The notes beneath the pieces were generated by a model that worked only from the letters and a program-made list of their open reading frames with translations, ran no database searches and was not told the origin of the DNA. 64,000 nucleotides of DNA from the human T2T-CHM13v2.0 reference genome, Homo sapiens: assembly GCF_009914755.1 (NCBI RefSeq), contig NC_060932.1; one strand, 5' to 3'. Below are positions 17,075 through 35,416 of this stretch, piece after piece. Every line of letters begins with the position of its first letter. The first letter of the stretch is position 1. A program made the translations under genes and the position numbers.

Positions 17075-19005
17075 GCTTAGTGCTTATTAACTAGACTACT
17101 CCGATTCCAATGCAACCAGCTTCTGGGTCTGCCTGCTGAAAAGCAGGGCGGTTCTAGGTACAATCCAGTAGATGCCTCCTCAGAGCTGCCAGGAAAGCCG
17201 TGTCCTTGGGACACAAGATGACAGTCAAACTTTGGACACAAGAAAGCCATTCAATCAGAAGCCAAATTTTATGTTACTCTTTGCTTCCAATGCCTCTCCT
17301 GATGAAAGAAGAGATAAATATATATATACAAGTTAACAGATCATTAGGAAGGTGAAAATCATAAATGAAATTCAGTTGGAATGCCAGAGCCCAGGACAAT
17401 GGATATTATTCAAGTTAGACTGTGTGGGGTCACAAATGGGTGCAGTGGGTCACGCCTGTAATCCTAGCACTGTGGGAGGCCAAGGTGGGCAGATCACTTG
17501 AGGCCAGGAGTTTGAGATCAGCCTGGCCAACGTGGGAAAACCCCGTCTCTACTAAAAATAGAATTAAAAAAATCAGCTGGGCCTAGTGGCGCACACCTGT
17601 AATCCCAGCTACTCGGGGGGCTGAGATGGGAGGATCACTTGAATTCGGGAGGCGAAGGTTGCAGTGAGCCTAGATCCCACCACTGCACTCCAGCCTGGGT
17701 GATAAAGCAAGACTCTGTCTCAAAGAAAAGGAAAGAAAAAAATCTGTGGGGTTACAACAATGTGGTTATCGCTGGCTTCGTCGCTGTGGTCTAAAGAATG
17801 AGGGATGTGACTGGGAATAGGCTTAGCCTCCTGATTCTGAAGACAGGTGAAGGAGAGCAACCACCTTAGCTTCAGCTGCTATAACCTCGAACAGGGGTTG
17901 AGAATCAGGACAGCTGCTCCCTCCAGAACTCCCTAAAAGGGCCTGTGGTTTACCTGAGCTCAGAGATGCTTTGGGAGAACAGTCTGTGAACAGGCCAGGC
18001 TAGAAAACCCAGAACGTCCCTGGTGCCCTCCCTGGTTTCACTGCTCCAGCCTGAAGTTCAGAGGAGCTTGAGGGGTCCTGGAGGGGCAGTCTTATCCACG
18101 GTCTGACCGGCACGTTAAGCCCCTAAGCCCCACCGGAGCAAGCCCTGGGCGCTGGCCACTTTCTGTGCTCACTATACCCAGAACTCTTTTGCCAACTCTT
18201 TTTCCTATTCTGCCAAATCAAAATGAATCAATTAGCTAATATTCACTGAGTGCCCACCATGTACCCAGTGATAAAGATCTGGACTGATGCTGGTGAAATT
18301 CAAATAAATTTAGATGTAAAAAGGTCTCTCATGTCATAAACGAAGCACCACTTCACGTAAGCAGCTTAACTCGTAAAGCCGTGAACACAAGACAGAGTTT
18401 TTTTTTTTTCAAGCATCTGTTTCTTTCTCCTCTCTTTGATGTTATTCCTTTTATAAACCTTGATGATTTCCATGTCCACAAAGATGACCTTTCCAGTACT
18501 CCTGGTCTCTTCGTTAATACACCTCCTCTCTCAGAGACTGTCCTCCATCCTGCTCCAGCCGCTGTCCCATGGTCATAGCTCAGGTCTCTCATTACCAGAG
18601 ATTGCACCCACCCTTCAATCTCCATTTCACCTTTCCTGCTCTGCACCCACACACAGCTCCCTTCATCTTTTAGTAAACTTCTTGTATCTCCATCTGAACA
18701 GAGACTCGCAATCCAGTGATCACAGCAGCTATGCACAATCCTTCAACTTCTCCACTTATTACAACCCTCCTTACCCAGCACAGTCTCCTTGGACCATGAG
18801 TTTAATCCTTCCCTTTCATATTCCCTCCACTCCTTGGAACTTTTCACTCTTCACCACGCTTGGATGGCAAAGTCCCACCTGGGTAAAAACCTGTCTCCTA
18901 CTACCCCGTGCCTGCTCCTGATAGGGAAAAACCACAACCCCCTTGTCTGACAACAGGTGTTTTAAATTGAGGTTGAAATAAAATTAAGTTGTCACTGGAA
19001 AAATA
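17075..19005 (+). ncRNA. Candidate terminal exon of an antisense lncRNA (possibly LOXL2-AS1)
   Basis: Strong plus-strand acceptor ttttttttccctctacAG at 17073-17074 and AATAAA at 18977-18982. An antisense lncRNA at this locus is recalled from annotation; its boundaries cannot be proven from sequence. Confidence 0.3.
17438..17742 (+). mobile_element. Alu (AluS/J-like)
   Basis: Alu consensus; flanking CTGTG(TG)GGGGT repeat. Confidence 0.88.
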
Positions 19006-19907
19006 CCCAGTCACTGGAAAGCATTTGTTATAAAATAATGAGCGTTGGAAAGCCTGGAATGGAAAACATGAATCTGAGGTTACCCCTGGATCGCTCAGCC
19101 AGCCGGATAAACAGAGATGTGGAAGTATCGGACGTTTGTTTAAAGAAGACAGGAAGTGGGTTCTAAAGCCCAGCATTTGCTAACTTCACTGCTGTGGCTC
19201 TCATCGCCCAGAGCAAGCTGCAGAGAACATTTGACTCTGTGCTGTCTCCTGATCCAGTTACCCCAAAAGGAAATTTTCAATTGCATGGAGGTGAGATGTG
19301 TATGAGATGGGACTTCCTTTCTCCTATAATTTCTAGAATAACAGAAAAGTTGGAAGGGAGGATAACAGTTATCAATTTCAATGACTCCCAAACCTGTCAC
19401 TTTGCAGACTTCCAAAAGAGACAGAGTCCTGGGCTCCAGCCCAGACCTTTTAAACTAGATTATGGTGGGTTGAGGTCTGCGCTATTCTGTACTTTTAAGC
19501 TCCCTTGGGCGATTCTTACGCAGTCAGCATGGCATTAGCCCTTTAGTCCAGGACAGGAGTATAGGCAGCTCTGCTTTAGTCCAGTAGCCAGACTTGTGCT
19601 GAGGTCTGGGCTGCAGCTCAGCCGGGCGGGAGGGTGTGGGAGCTTCCTTTGCCTGGCTGACCCAGAGATAGGAAACTCTTAGCTCCTGGAAAAATGTTTA
19701 AAAAGAAACAATTCCCTCCACCCTTATCTCTTTCCTATTTGGGAACATACACTGTCAGGGTTTCAGGGGTTCTTAGCCCAACTTCCAGATGGGGAAAATG
19801 AGGCTGGAGAGGACATGCGTCTTCCTACAAAGTGTGGTGTCAGAGGTCAGTACAGACTGAGCTCTAGGTTCAGGGCTTCAAACTTTGTCCTGCCTCAAAG
19901 CTGTTAA

Positions 19908-20228
<321 letters not shown>

Positions 20229-20876
20229 AGCTCTTAAAACAATTTTTAAAAATAAACTAATAAATTTGAACCTCACAAGGGAGGAAAGAATAGGCTAACC
20301 AACGGTGAAAAACCCAAAGCATCTGTGTGCCTATTGTGACCAAGCCCACAATAGCAGGTTAGTGTGAAAACGATGAACTCCACATGCCAGGAAGGTGGGG
20401 GGCGTCAGGGAGCTCCAGCATGTGGGAGCCATTGTGAGGAAGAGCAAGAGGCTTTCCTAACAGGGAACGATTTGGAGTAAAGCGCAACTTCCTCTGGGCT
20501 GACGCAGCCCCCAGGCAGGGCATATGGGGCGGAGAGAGGAGCACAGGCCGATTTCACCCCCTACCTGGGGTCACCAACTGTCCTGGTTTTCCTGAGGTTT
20601 TCCCAGGATGTGAGACTTTCTGTGCTAAAGCCAGGAAAGTCTTGGGCAAATCAGTATGGTTGGTCACTTACTGTGCCCCTCCTCAAGCCCCCCGACCCCG
20701 CCTTCCTGCAGGGTGCAGCCTGAGTGGGCACAGAAGGATGCCAGTCCCTGGATGGGCATCACCAAGAATTTACACTTCGCAGTGCGTGCAGCCTCCTCTC
20801 CCAGGCTGACCTCAGGGAAGGCCACTCCGGGCCTTGCCAGGTGACAGCACTCAGATCCAAAGCACAGAGCGTTTAC

Positions 20877-21231
20877 CTTCTCCCTTGCCGTAGGAGGAGC
20901 TGGCAGTCCAGGACTTGGCCTCCACGTAGCCCAGCTCCCGGCAGACGACGTGGGCAGCGTGGATGGAGAAGTCGTCATCGCACACGGTGCCCCACTGGCC
21001 ATCATAGTACACCTCCACCCGGCCCTCGCTGTGCTTCCTCTTCTGCCCAGCCAGGCGCAGCTGAATCTTGGCCACGTTGGCGGGGGCCTGGGGCTGGTGA
21101 TACTCAGGAGCCGGTTGCTGGAAGTACTCGGGGTAATGGGGCCAGCTGTCATACTGTGCCAGGCTCAGGGGGGACAGGAGGGCCAGCATAGCCAGGCAGC
21201 TGCAGAGGTGGGAGCACAGAGGCCTCTCCAT
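20877..21231 (-). CDS. LOXL2: LOXL2 exon 2 coding part (355 nt): signal peptide and first half of SRCR domain 1
   Basis: ATG in strong Kozak context (ACAGGGATGG); SRCR motif [33 protein letters not shown]; donor GAAG|GTAAAC at 20877/20876 (phase 1). Confidence 0.97.
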
Positions 21232-21314
21232 CCCTGTCTTCGGGCTGATGATCCCACGAAGGGGCCCTGCGCAGCTGGGAGGGACAGGCGGGGTACAGAA
21301 GCAGCAGGAGCTTT
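21232..21314 (-). other. LOXL2: LOXL2 exon 2 5'UTR part (83 nt)
   Basis: Acceptor ctctcctctcttccAG|AAAGCTCC at 21315/21314; no ATG between the acceptor and the start codon. Confidence 0.9.
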
Positions 21315-21524
21315 CTGGAAGAGAGGAGAGATGCGTTAGGATGGGAACGTGGGGCTACGGAGACCTACATAGAGAACCAGCGATTTCATACCCCTTGGCT
21401 TAATATGGAAAGCTCGTCCATTCTCGACGCCAATCCAGCCCCACTCCTACATTTCCACCATGCAGGGCTGGGAGGTCCCACCTCCTTTACCTACTGCCTT
21501 GTCATCTCTCTAGAATGCTTTTTC

Positions 21525-21950
21525 CAGTAGAGTTCCTGGCAGGGAACAGAACACACTCCAACTTAATTTAAGGAGAGTTTTTTAAGACTACGGACATGCC
21601 GGCAGAGTTCTGCAGAACTAACAAAGGCCGGTGTCACACCCTAGGGCTGGCGACTCAGAGGGGGCTGTGACCACCCTAGGCTTGAAGGGAGCCTGCGGGG
21701 GTGAGAACTGGAGACTGGCAGAGGGAGCTGTCTCTTAGGAGCTGTGGCCCTCACTGGAGGGTCTCAGAGCCAACCCATGGCAACGGCGGGGACATGGGAG
21801 GGAGAATAAATACCTGACTCCCTTTCCTCCCGTCTTTGAATCATTCTGGTGCCTCCTATTAGGCAAACCCAGCCCCCTTCAACTCGAAGCCACTGGCAAG
21901 GGAGCTGAGCCCATTGAGGGAGCCCGTGTGGGACAGCCTCCTGGAACATG
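21525..21950. mobile_element. Old MLT1-type LTR remnant
   Basis: Degenerate MaLR-like motifs (cagggaacagaacacactc, ggagctgtggcc, cctcctattaggcaaaccca, ggcaagggagc). Confidence 0.45.
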
Positions 21951-24350
21951 GGGGCCGGTGGAGAAGGAGCGGGTCTGAAGGGGTGAGGGCAGGATGTTCA
22001 ACACACCCACCCTCCATTAAATGAATGGCACCCCAAAACACTACAGGAACATTTGCTAGATGAATTATAATTTTCCCGTCAGCTTTGAGGGCTGCAATGC
22101 TAAATGAGTTTTAAAATCCTCAAGGTCCTGGTCATCGTATCTGGTGGAGCCTACCTCTAAGAATTCCCGAGTGAAATCATGTAGCAAGAGACCTCGTGTA
22201 TCTTGGTCCTCCCGTAATTCAGAGAAAAGAGGAGACGATTTTAAAAGGAGCACACGTGTGTCTTGTGGAGAAACATGCAGGGCCCCAAACCAGGATGAGC
22301 AGGTGGAAGCTTAGGTGGGGGCATAAGGTATTTTATTTTAACCCTATGCAGAGGAGTAGGCTAATCATATTCTTCTGGTCATGGCACACTACCTTTGAGG
22401 AAGGACTGGCTAACTTTCCTGTAGTCAGAGCTGTCCAGAGCTGCCCATGGAGGGATGATCTGCCTTGGAGTGAGGCAGTTCCATGTCTGTTGGGTGACCA
22501 GCAGTGCTCAGTGCCCCGAAGAGGATGCTGGGGTGGAGATGTTAGAGCCTGGGGGACAGTCAGAACTGAGGATTTTGGAAAGCTTTCTGATGTCACCGGA
22601 GAGCCAGCCATGCTCATCCTGTGACTAACAAACAAGGCCAGAAAGTGATGGAGGGTTCCTGTGATAGCTCCTGACCAACGGACCAACGCACAGCCTGACC
22701 CCCTAGTAGTGTGGCTCTGAAGGGAATCAGGGTCCTGGCCACTCATCATTCCCATCAAAGCACATCTGCATCCTCAAGCTTACCTATGCCTCACAAGAAC
22801 CTTGGGGAGTAGAAGAGGCAGGTATTATTAGGATTCTTATTTTACAACAAAATCAAGAACCAGAGAGGGTTAGAGATTTTGCCAGAGTTGCACAGTTACT
22901 GCAAGCAAAGCCAGAATGGGTCACTCCCAATGTGCCATCCCATATAAAAAGTCCTGGTTCAGCTTGGATACAAAAGCCTTTATGTGTGGCACGTGCCTAC
23001 CTTCCCTGCTTCGGTTCCCACGACGGTGTCTCCCTTCTCTCACCCCAGCCCTGCCCATGGCACACATCCCATCATATCAGCCTATACCAGCTTCAGCTTT
23101 TGACACCTAGAACAACGCGCCTCCATCCCCTCCCCTCCCCTCCAAATGGCACCTGGTGCAATCCTTCCTGTTCTTCACAGAGACCTTCCTAGGTCCTCCT
23201 ATCAGATTGAATGTATTTCTGCTTCCCTTTGACATCACATTTTGCTGGTGCTTTACATTGTTGTCATGTCTGGCTCTGCCACCGGACCCTCAGGCCCAAG
23301 GGACAGAAACCACCTCTTTGTCATTTCTGCTCAGCAACACATCTGCCTCTGGATGTATCAGGCTACCTTGCAGTAGATAAAGCTACCTGCCAAGAACAAC
23401 TAGAAAAGGAAGGTAAAATATTAAAAACATATGTTCGAAGACACGAGAAAGCTACCGAGGCACCAAGGACTGAAGGAACCAAGAATCCAGAGAGATGGGA
23501 AGGGCATTGAGGTGAGGCTCACTTTTGTCTCTGCTTTCCCCCGGAAGATACTCGCCAATTCCACGGCAGTGATCAACAGGCTGAGAAGCTAAGCAAAGCT
23601 GCAGGCAGCCTCCAGGGACTGGGGAGACCGGGAGTTCAGAACCTGCCAAGGACAAAGGGACCTGTTAAACAGCTCCAGGCTCTCAGATGCATTCCTGAAG
23701 AGCTGCACTCTAGAAGCCAGGGCATAGGAAGGTCTGACATTCCCATAAATGGAATCCCAAAGAAGAGGAGAGAAAGGATGTGCAGAGGAAATAATGGAAG
23801 AAATAATGGCCTAGAATTTTCCAGAATGACAAAAGACATCAAGCCCACACAGTATAGTTTACAAGGAAAACCACATCTGGGCACATCGAAATCCAACTGC
23901 AGAGAAGACAAGATAGAAAGAAAAATCTTAAACACAGGGTAGAGGAGCTGAGTTACCTTAGAAAGAGCAGCAGAAAGACTAACAGCTGGTCCCCTCAACA
24001 CAAATAAGGAGACAAGACTTCAACAGCGCAACATTTTCAAAGGGCGGAAAAAAATAAGTCTGCCTAGAATCTGTGCCCAGTGAAGAGAACGAAGGTAAAA
24101 TAAGGACATCCCAGATAAACAAAAGAGGAGCGAGTCTGTCACCAGAATACCCACAAGACGGAAATACTACAGGGAATTCTTCAGGCAAAAGGAAAAATCA
24201 TCCCAGATGTCAGTAAGGAGGCGTAGGAAGGAATGAAGAGTATGAAGTAGGAAATGATGTAGGTAAATCTCAATGAAGATCGAGTGTGTAAAACAGGAAG
24301 AATGTCCTGTGGGGTTTAAAATACATGTATGATTAAAATGCATGGCAACT

Positions 24351-24765
<415 letters not shown>

Positions 24766-25072
24766 CTATTAGACTTTAGCAAGTCTAATAAATGCATGTT
24801 GTAATCTTTATAGGAATCATTGTAAGAACCATATACTGAAAGAAAAGTACAACTAACAGGTTAATAAGGGGGTTTGGGGGAGAAATGGTAGAATTAAAAA
24901 ATACTTGATTAATCCAAAATTGAAGCAATAAAACAAATAAAAAGTAACATAAAACAATTGTTACAAATAGAAAAAATATTAGATGGTGGGTTTAAACTCC
25001 AATATATCAGTAATTACATTAGATAAAATAAATACTCCAATTAAAAGACAAAGATCATCAGAACGAATATAA

Positions 25073-25398
<326 letters not shown>

Positions 25399-26236
25399 CA
25401 ATCCAGCTTTATATTTCTTAGAAGAGACACAGAGGCTTAATGTAAAAGGATGGAAACAGATATACCATGCGTACATTAACCAGAGGGAAACTTGTACGAT
25501 CAAGCTGACCTTAACACAAGAAACATTACCAGAGACAAAAAGGGACAGTTTACGATAATGAAAGTCAATCCACCAGGATAATGTAACTCTTCTAAACGTA
25601 CGTGCATAGCTTCAATATATATAAAAGAAATATTGATAGAACTAAAAGGAAAAAATAGACAAATTCATAATCAGAGTGGGAGATTTTTACACACCTCTGT
25701 CAGTAACGGATAGAAGACACAGAAAAATCCTGGGGTTGAAGATGTGAATGACATAATTAACAAACTTAACCTAATTCACAAGTTTCTATAAACTGTACTC
25801 AGCAACTGCAGAAGGCAGCTATGCTCCAGGGACACATGGAACATATAATGATACAAACATATTAAGATATTAAGATACAATGATATTATGCAGAATATGT
25901 TGTTTGACTACAACAGAATTCAGCTATAAACCATTAATAAAAGAACAAGTAGAAAATCCCCAAATATTTGGGAATGTTGGATGAGGAAATCTATTATCAT
26001 GCATCTCCATCCAGCTCACAGTACTAAATTGATTTATTCATTCAACAAGAATTCATTGAGCTCCTACTATACCTCAGGCCCTGCTGGGAGTAGAGGTCTT
26101 CTTTCCCATGGAGCTGACTGCCTAGCTGGAGTTCGCCTACAAGGTATCAATGATTGTTCATGGTCTGAACTACCTGAGCCAGCGGAGGGGGGGCCTAACT
26201 TTGAATTCAGGAAGGTTTTCCTCTTCTACACTGCCT

Positions 26237-26400
26237 GGCAGGGTCTTGCCGTGTCACCCAGGCTGAAGTGCAGTGGCGTGATCATAGCTCACCGCAGCCT
26301 CGAACTCTTGAGCCCAAGAGATCCTCCTACTCAGCTGCCCGTGTAGCTGGAACTACAGGCAAGAGCCACCATGCCTAGCTAAGTTTTTGGGTTGCTTTTT
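26237..26400 (-). mobile_element. Alu monomer fragment (AluJ-like)
   Basis: Reverse Alu right-arm sequence only. Confidence 0.75.
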
Positions 26401-27047
26401 AATTTTTAAATGTATCCATCTTGTGGAAATTAAAGACAGAAAGCCAATGAATTGCCAAAGGTCACACAGAGTGCTTGGCAAGCAGCTAACATTAATAGAG
26501 CACCCCCATGTGCAGGCACTGTTCTCAACGCTCTAGTGTTTTAATTCACTTGATGTGGTAGGCACTGTTATTATCCTTGGGAGGAAACTGAGGGACAGAG
26601 AAGTTTGATAACTTGCCTAAAGTTGCGCAGACGGTAAATGCAAGCCAGGATCTGAAGGTGGTGGCAGGCTGACCTGGGCTCTGTCCCCCACCGCGAAGCT
26701 CTACTACCCCCAGCCTGGCACTGTCTCTCTCCCTCCCCTGACTTTCCCACCCCCATCCCCCAAGGGCTTCAGAGACTTCCAGATCCTCTAATCCTGTCCC
26801 AGAAAGAAATGAAAAAAATATGTGGTCTTGCAACATTTCTTTTTTTATACTGTAAGTTCTAGGGTACATGTGCACAACATGCAGGTTTGTTACATATGTA
26901 TACATGTGCCATGTTGGTGTGCTGCACCCGTTTACTCGTCATTTACATTGGGTATATCTCCTAATGCTTTCCCTCCCCCCTCCCCCCACCCCACAACAGG
27001 CCCCGGTGTGTGATGTTCCCCTTCCTGTGTCCAAGTGTTCTCATTGT

Positions 27048-30861
<3,814 letters not shown>

Positions 30862-30924
30862 TATAATGTTAGCTGGTTATTTTGCTCATTAGTTGATGTA
30901 GTTTCTTCCTAGCATCAATGGTCT

Positions 30925-31935
30925 TTACAATTTGGCATGTTTTTGAAGTGGCTGGTACTGGTTGTTCCTTTCCATGTTTAGTGCTTCCTTCAGGAGCTCT
31001 TGTAGGGCAGGCCTGGTGGTGACACAATCTCTCAGCATTTGCTTGTCTGTAAAGGATTTTATTTCTCCTTCACTTATGAAGCTTAGTTTGGCTGGATATG
31101 AAATTCTGGGTTGAAAATTCTTTTCTTTAAGAATGTTGAATATTGGCCCCCACTCTCTTCTGGTTTGTAGAGTTTCTGCTGAGAGATCTGCTGCTAGTCT
31201 GATGGGTTTCCTTTTGTGGGTAACCTGACCTTTCTCTCTGGCTGTCCTTAACATTTTTTCCTTCATTTCAACTTTGGTGAATCTGACAATTATGTGTCTT
31301 GGAGTTGCTCTTCTCCAGGAGTATCTTTGTGGCATTCTCTGTATTTCCCGAATTTGAACGTTGGCCTGCCCTGCTAGGTTGGGGAAGTTCTCCTGGATAA
31401 TATCCTGCAGAGTGTTTTCCAACTTGGTTCCATTCTCCCCGTCACTTTCAGGTACACCAATCAGATGTAGCTTTGGTCTTTTCACATAGTCCCATATTTC
31501 TTGGAGGCTTTGTTCGTTTCTTTTTACTCTTTTTTCTCTAAACTTCTCTTCTCGCTTCATTTCATTCATTTGATCTTCAATCACTGATACCCTTTCTTCT
31601 GGTTGATCGAAACGGCTACTGAAGCTTGTGCATTCGTCACGTAGTTCTCGTGCCATGGTTTTCAGCTCCATCAGGTCATTTAAGGACTTCTCTACACTGG
31701 TTATTCTAGTTAGCCATTCATCTAATCTTTTTTCAAGGTTTTTAGCTTATGTTGGGTTTGAAATTCCTCCTTTAGCTTGGAGTAGTTTGATCGTCTGAAG
31801 CCTTCTTCTCTCAACTTGTCAGTCATTCTCTGTCCAGCTTTGTTCCATTGCTGGCGAGGAGCTGTGTTCCTTTGGAGGGGGAGAGGTGCTCTGGTTTTTA
31901 GAATTTTCAGCTTTTCTGCTCTGTTTTTTCCCCAT
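30925..31935 (-). pseudogene. L1 ORF1p, disrupted
   Basis: Starts MGKKQSRKAENSKNQSTSPPPKE; a 2-nt deletion gives a stop after WTEND (31819); the downstream part is intact to ...YQPLQKHAKL*. Confidence 0.93.
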
Positions 31936-32993
31936 CTTTGTGGTTTTATCTACCTTCGGTCCTTGATGATGGTGACATACAGATGGGGTTTTGTGGTGTG
32001 GTTGACTTTTATGTTTGTTAGTTTTCCTTCTAACAGTCAGGACCCTCAGCTGCAGGTCTGTTGGAGTTTGCTGGAGGTCCACTCCAGACCCTGTTTGCCT
32101 GGGTATCAGCAGCAGAGGCTGCAGAACAGCGAATATTGCTGAACAGCAAATGTTCCTGCCTGATTGTTCCTCTGGAAGCTTCGTCTCAGAGGGGTACCCA
32201 GCCGTGTGAGGTGTCAATCTGCCCCTACTGGGGGGTGCCTCCCAGTTAGGCTACTCGGGGGTCAGGGACCCACTTGAGGAGGCAGTCTTCCTGTTCTCAG
32301 ATCTCAAACTCCATGCTGGGAGAACCACTACTCTCTTCAAAGCTGTCAGACAGGGACATTTATGTCTGCTGAGGTTTCTGCTGCCTTTTGTTCGGCCATG
32401 CCCTGCCCCCAGAGGTGGAGTCTACAGAGGCAGGCAGGCCTCCTTGAGCTGCGGTGGGCTGCACCCAGTTCGAGCTTCCCAGTCCCTTTGTTTACCTACT
32501 CAAGCCTCAGCAATGGCGGGCGCCCCTCCCCCAGCCGCCTTGCTGCCTCCTTGCAGTTCGATCTCAGACTGCTGTGCTAGCAATGAGTGAGGCTCCGTGG
32601 GCGTGGGACCCCCCGAGCCAGGCATGGGATATAATCTGCTGGTGTGCTGTTTGCTAAGACCATTGGAAAAGTGCAGTATTAGGGTGGGAGTGACATGATT
32701 TTCCAGGTGCCATCTGTCAGCCCTTCCCTTTACTAGGAAAGGGAATTCCCTGAACCCTTGCGCTTCCTGGGTGAGGGGATGCCTCGCCTTGCTTCGGCTC
32801 ACACTCTGCGGGCTGCACCCACTGTCCTGACCCCACTGTCCTACGAGCCCCAGTGAGATGAACCAAGTACCTCAGTTGGAAATGCAGAAATCACCCATCT
32901 TCTGCGTTGCTCACGCTGGCAGACGTAGACTGAAGCTGTTCCTATTTGGCCATCTTGGAATTGCCCCCTCGCAACGTTTTAAAAGACATCTTA

Positions 32994-33377
<384 letters not shown>

Positions 33378-33398
33378 TCAACTCCTAAATCTTTTCTA

Positions 33399-34580
<1,182 letters not shown>

Positions 34581-35116
34581 ATTGGTATCCTTCCAACCTC
34601 AGGGAGGAAACACTGCCAGGCTTTCTGGGTGACCGCGCTGCCTCCTGCAGGTCAGGATGGGGACGGCGAGGCCATGCCAGGCTCCATGGGCACCAATGTT
34701 GTCCCCTCTCTCTGCTTACATTGCTCACACGTAACTGGGTGTTATAGGTGAATGGGCACCTGACTGGGCCCCCAAGCCTAACACAGTGCCTGGTGCACGT
34801 TAGCTGCTTAATCAAAATGGGTTGGATAATAACAGGAGATGCATGGCTCGGAGTAGACCCCTCATTCTGGGAAAGACAGCAGAGGGGACCAGGCAAACCA
34901 CAGCCTTGCTGATGATGCTGGAGACAGCCACAGTGTCATTTATAAACAACTGAGAGCTCACAAAGGAGCTGGAATGAGCACAGGCAGAAGTTCTGAAATT
35001 ATAGTTCGGTTGCCATAATGAGTGGGCTCCATTACACCCAGAAAACCATGTCCCCTTTTTCAGTTTTTATCTCTGTGAAGTAGACACATTCTGACCTGTG
35101 ATAAAATGCAATCAGC

Positions 35117-35416
35117 GGCCAGGCACAGTGGCTCACACCTGTAATCCCAGCACTTTGGGAGGCTGAGGCGGGCAGATCACGACGTCAGGAGTTCAAGACC
35201 AGCCTGACCAACATGGTGAAACCCCACCTCTACTAAAATTACAAAAATTATCCGGGCATGGTGGCACATGCCTGTAGTCCCAGTTACTCAGGAGGCTTGA
35301 GGCAGGAGAATCGCTTGAACCCGGGAGGCAAAGCTTGCAGTCAGCCAAGATCGTGCCACTGTACTCCAGCCTGGGTGACAGAGCGAGACTCCATCTCAAA
35401 AAAAAAAAAAAAAAAA
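35117..35416 (+). mobile_element. AluS-like
   Basis: TSD AAA(A/G)TGCAATCAGC. Confidence 0.9.

Noticed and set aside
18353-18921. 127-aa and 153-aa ORFs in intron 2
   Set aside because: They lie in pyrimidine-rich, L2-like degenerate sequence with no recognisable protein features.
20851-20876. ORF-track C-terminus KRSVLWI of the 126-aa LOXL2 ORF
   Set aside because: Read-through past the GT donor at 20876 into intron 2.
20664-21339. Overlapping 162-aa (minus) and 155/129-aa (plus) ORFs over exon 2
   Set aside because: Alternative-frame and antisense shadows of a GC-rich coding exon, with no independent signals.
24767-24790. 10-bp perfect inverted repeat TATTAGACTT/AAGTCTAATA
   Set aside because: Short, AT-rich and inside old L1M; too small to distinguish from chance or a trivial template switch.
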